A DNA stretch of 64,000 bases. Origin: Candidatus Eiseniibacteriota bacterium. GTDB taxonomy: Bacteria; Eisenbacteria; RBG-16-71-46; JABDJR01. The translations under genes were made by a program, and so were the position numbers. Location: assembly GCA_963762255.1 (NCBI GenBank), contig CAVXKA010000003.1:64001-128000 (forward strand), given 5' to 3'. Numbering within the stretch: position 1 is the stretch's first letter; the number at the start of each line of letters is the position of its first letter. Positions 62,673 through 64,000 of the stretch are shown one piece after another. The notes under the pieces are model-generated. The model saw only the letters and a list, made by a program, of their open reading frames with translations, was not told where the DNA came from and made no database searches.

Positions 62673-63628
62673 GCCGCCCCCTTCCGCATCGCGACGGCGG
62701 TCCGATCCGCTTCGGCGCGAGCCCCGTCGAGTTCGGCGAAGAAGACATCCTCGAGGGAGACCCGCCGAGGTCGCACCGCGAGCAGCGACGCCCCCGACCG
62801 GATGATCTGCTGCACGCGCTCTTCCATCTCGTCCTGGGTCGCCGCGCCGACCAGCACGCGGTCGCCGCCTTGACGCGCAAGTCCCTGCTCCGACCAGGTC
62901 TCCCAGAGCGACGCCGGGAGTCCAGCCGCTTCGATCTCGAACCCCGCCTCCTCGATCCGCATGAGATCCCCCACCGCACCCACGCGCCGAAGCCTTCCCT
63001 CGACCAGGATCGCCACCCGGTCGCAGAGCGCCTCGACGTCCGGCAGGACGTGAGACGAGAAGATCACGGTCTTTCCCTCCTCCTTGAGAGCCAGGATGAG
63101 GTCGCGCACTTGCCGACGGCCCACCGGATCGAGCCCCGACATCGGCTCGTCGAGGATGATCAGCTCGGGGTCGTGCATGATGGCCTGCGCCAGCCCCACT
63201 CGTTGGAGCATCCCCTTCGAGAACTTGCGCAGCCGTCGCTTCTCGCCCGGGTCGAGCCCCACGCGATCGAGGGTAAGCGCGATGAGATCCCGGCGTCCGC
63301 GGCGGGGCAGGCCGTTCAGGGTGGCGGAGGTGTCCAGGAACTCCGGCGCGCTCAGGTAGTCGTAGAAATACGGGTTCTCGGGAAGAAACCCGAGGCGAGC
63401 GCGGGCACGGACGTCTCCCAGCGGACGGCCCAGGAGCATGCCGCTTCCGCCGCTGGGTTTGAGAAGGCCCAACGCGATCTTGAGCGCGGTGGACTTCCCC
63501 GCTCCGTTGGGACCGAGAAGGCCGAAGATCTCGCCACGGGATACGGAGAGGCTCACCTCGATGAGTGCATCATGGCGGCGTCCCCACGAGTCGCGGTAGG
63601 TCTTGGCCAGCCGATCCAGGGTGAGCAC
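62669..63628 (-). CDS. ABC transporter ATPase (Myxococcus PilH-like)
   Basis: [21 protein letters not shown] and SSH. Confidence 0.92.
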   Translation of the reverse strand: MLTLDRLAKTYRDSWGRRHDALIEVSLSVSRGEIFGLLGPNGAGKSTALKIALGLLKPSGGSGMLLGRPLGDVRARARLGFLPENPYFYDYLSAPEFLDTSATLNGLPRRGRRDLIALTLDRVGLDPGEKRRLRKFSKGMLQRVGLAQAIMHDPELIILDEPMSGLDPVGRRQVRDLILALKEEGKTVIFSSHVLPDVEALCDRVAILVEGRLRRVGAVGDLMRIEEAGFEIEAAGLPASLWETWSEQGLARQGGDRVLVGAATQDEMEERVQQIIRSGASLLAVRPRRVSLEDVFFAELDGARAEADRTAVAMRKGAA

Positions 63629-63749
63629 TTCGACGCTCTCCCGCCGGATCGTTGGCAAGGTAAGTGGTCGCACCAAAGCGGTTCCCTCCCCTCCATCTGG
63701 TGGTCGGCTCGGTTATCGGCTGAAACCAGCCGATCTTGAGCCGGCGGGC

Positions 63750-63784
63750 AAAAAAGAAGCGGCGGGACCCGAAGGTCCCGCCGC
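63750..63784 (-). terminator. Strong intrinsic terminator after the putative major pilin
   Basis: GCGGCGGGACC-TTCG-GGTCCCGCCGC followed by TTCTTTTTT. Confidence 0.9.
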
Positions 63785-63806
63785 CAGCTTCGTCCCTGCT
63801 CCGGGA

Positions 63807-64000
63807 CTACGAGCCGTTCGTCAACGTGAGGGTCAGAAGCGCGTCCTTTCCGAACCCCTCGATCACGTACTGGCTGGTGGTGGCGGTGGAGAACCCGATT
63901 TCACCGGAGGCGGCGGGGGCGGCAGCCCAGTCCACCGCGGTCTCAGCGTTGGTGAAAGGGTTGTCCGGATAGTTGCCGTCCGGAAGGTTAGCTTCGACGT
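63807..64000 (-). CDS. 3' end of a gene cut by the window edge, probably the major type IV pilin
   Basis: Open frame VEANLPDGNYPDNPFTNAETAVDWAAAPAASGEIGFSTATTSQYVIEGFGKDALLTLTLTNGS*. Strong terminator and position upstream of ABC-TPR-pilD. The N-terminal signal is not visible. Confidence 0.6.
   Translation of the reverse strand, partial: VEANLPDGNYPDNPFTNAETAVDWAAAPAASGEIGFSTATTSQYVIEGFGKDALLTLTLTNGS

Overview
High-GC diderm bacterial chromosome segment, mostly on the minus strand. An FlgD-type C-terminal Ig domain, an 'STWGRVKSLYR' tail, futalosine menaquinone genes and LpxL suggest an FCB-affiliated candidate lineage such as Eisenbacteria, Latescibacterota or Krumholzibacteriota; this is inference only. 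Contents in order: RND efflux operon, sod, a lipoprotein, an OmpA-family protein, rpsU-mutS2-dnaG-rpoD, nrnA-dnaJ-rsmE, icd, a stand-alone nuoB-nuoD-nuoG-nuoI cluster, glmM-glmS-ridA-selC-lepA-lepB-hemW, tRNA-Phe/Thr, a degenerate GAF histidine kinase, the mqnE-mqnA-mqnC-mqnP-ubiX-menG-lpxL operon, two paralogous secreted proteins, rsmD-coaD-fmdB-obgE-HEAT-dprA, aroK and a large type IVa pilus locus interrupted by a GT-C glycosyltransferase. About 14 single-base frameshifts in the left half, almost all +1 insertions and some in essential genes, look like long-read errors. Most notable observations: (1) a CxxC-x9-CxxC insert in the active-site loop of isocitrate dehydrogenase, in a frame absent from the ORF track; (2) a four-gene complex I module with a Rex/CRP-like operator over its promoter; (3) one secreted domain carrying two alternative C-terminal tails, pointing to a short sorting signal; (4) a PilW-type pilin fused to seven FG-GAP repeats through a linker with Bacteroidota-type O-glycosylation sequons, near a GT-C gene; (5) a pseudo-histidine kinase with DRR repeats. 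No mobile element or CRISPR array was seen.
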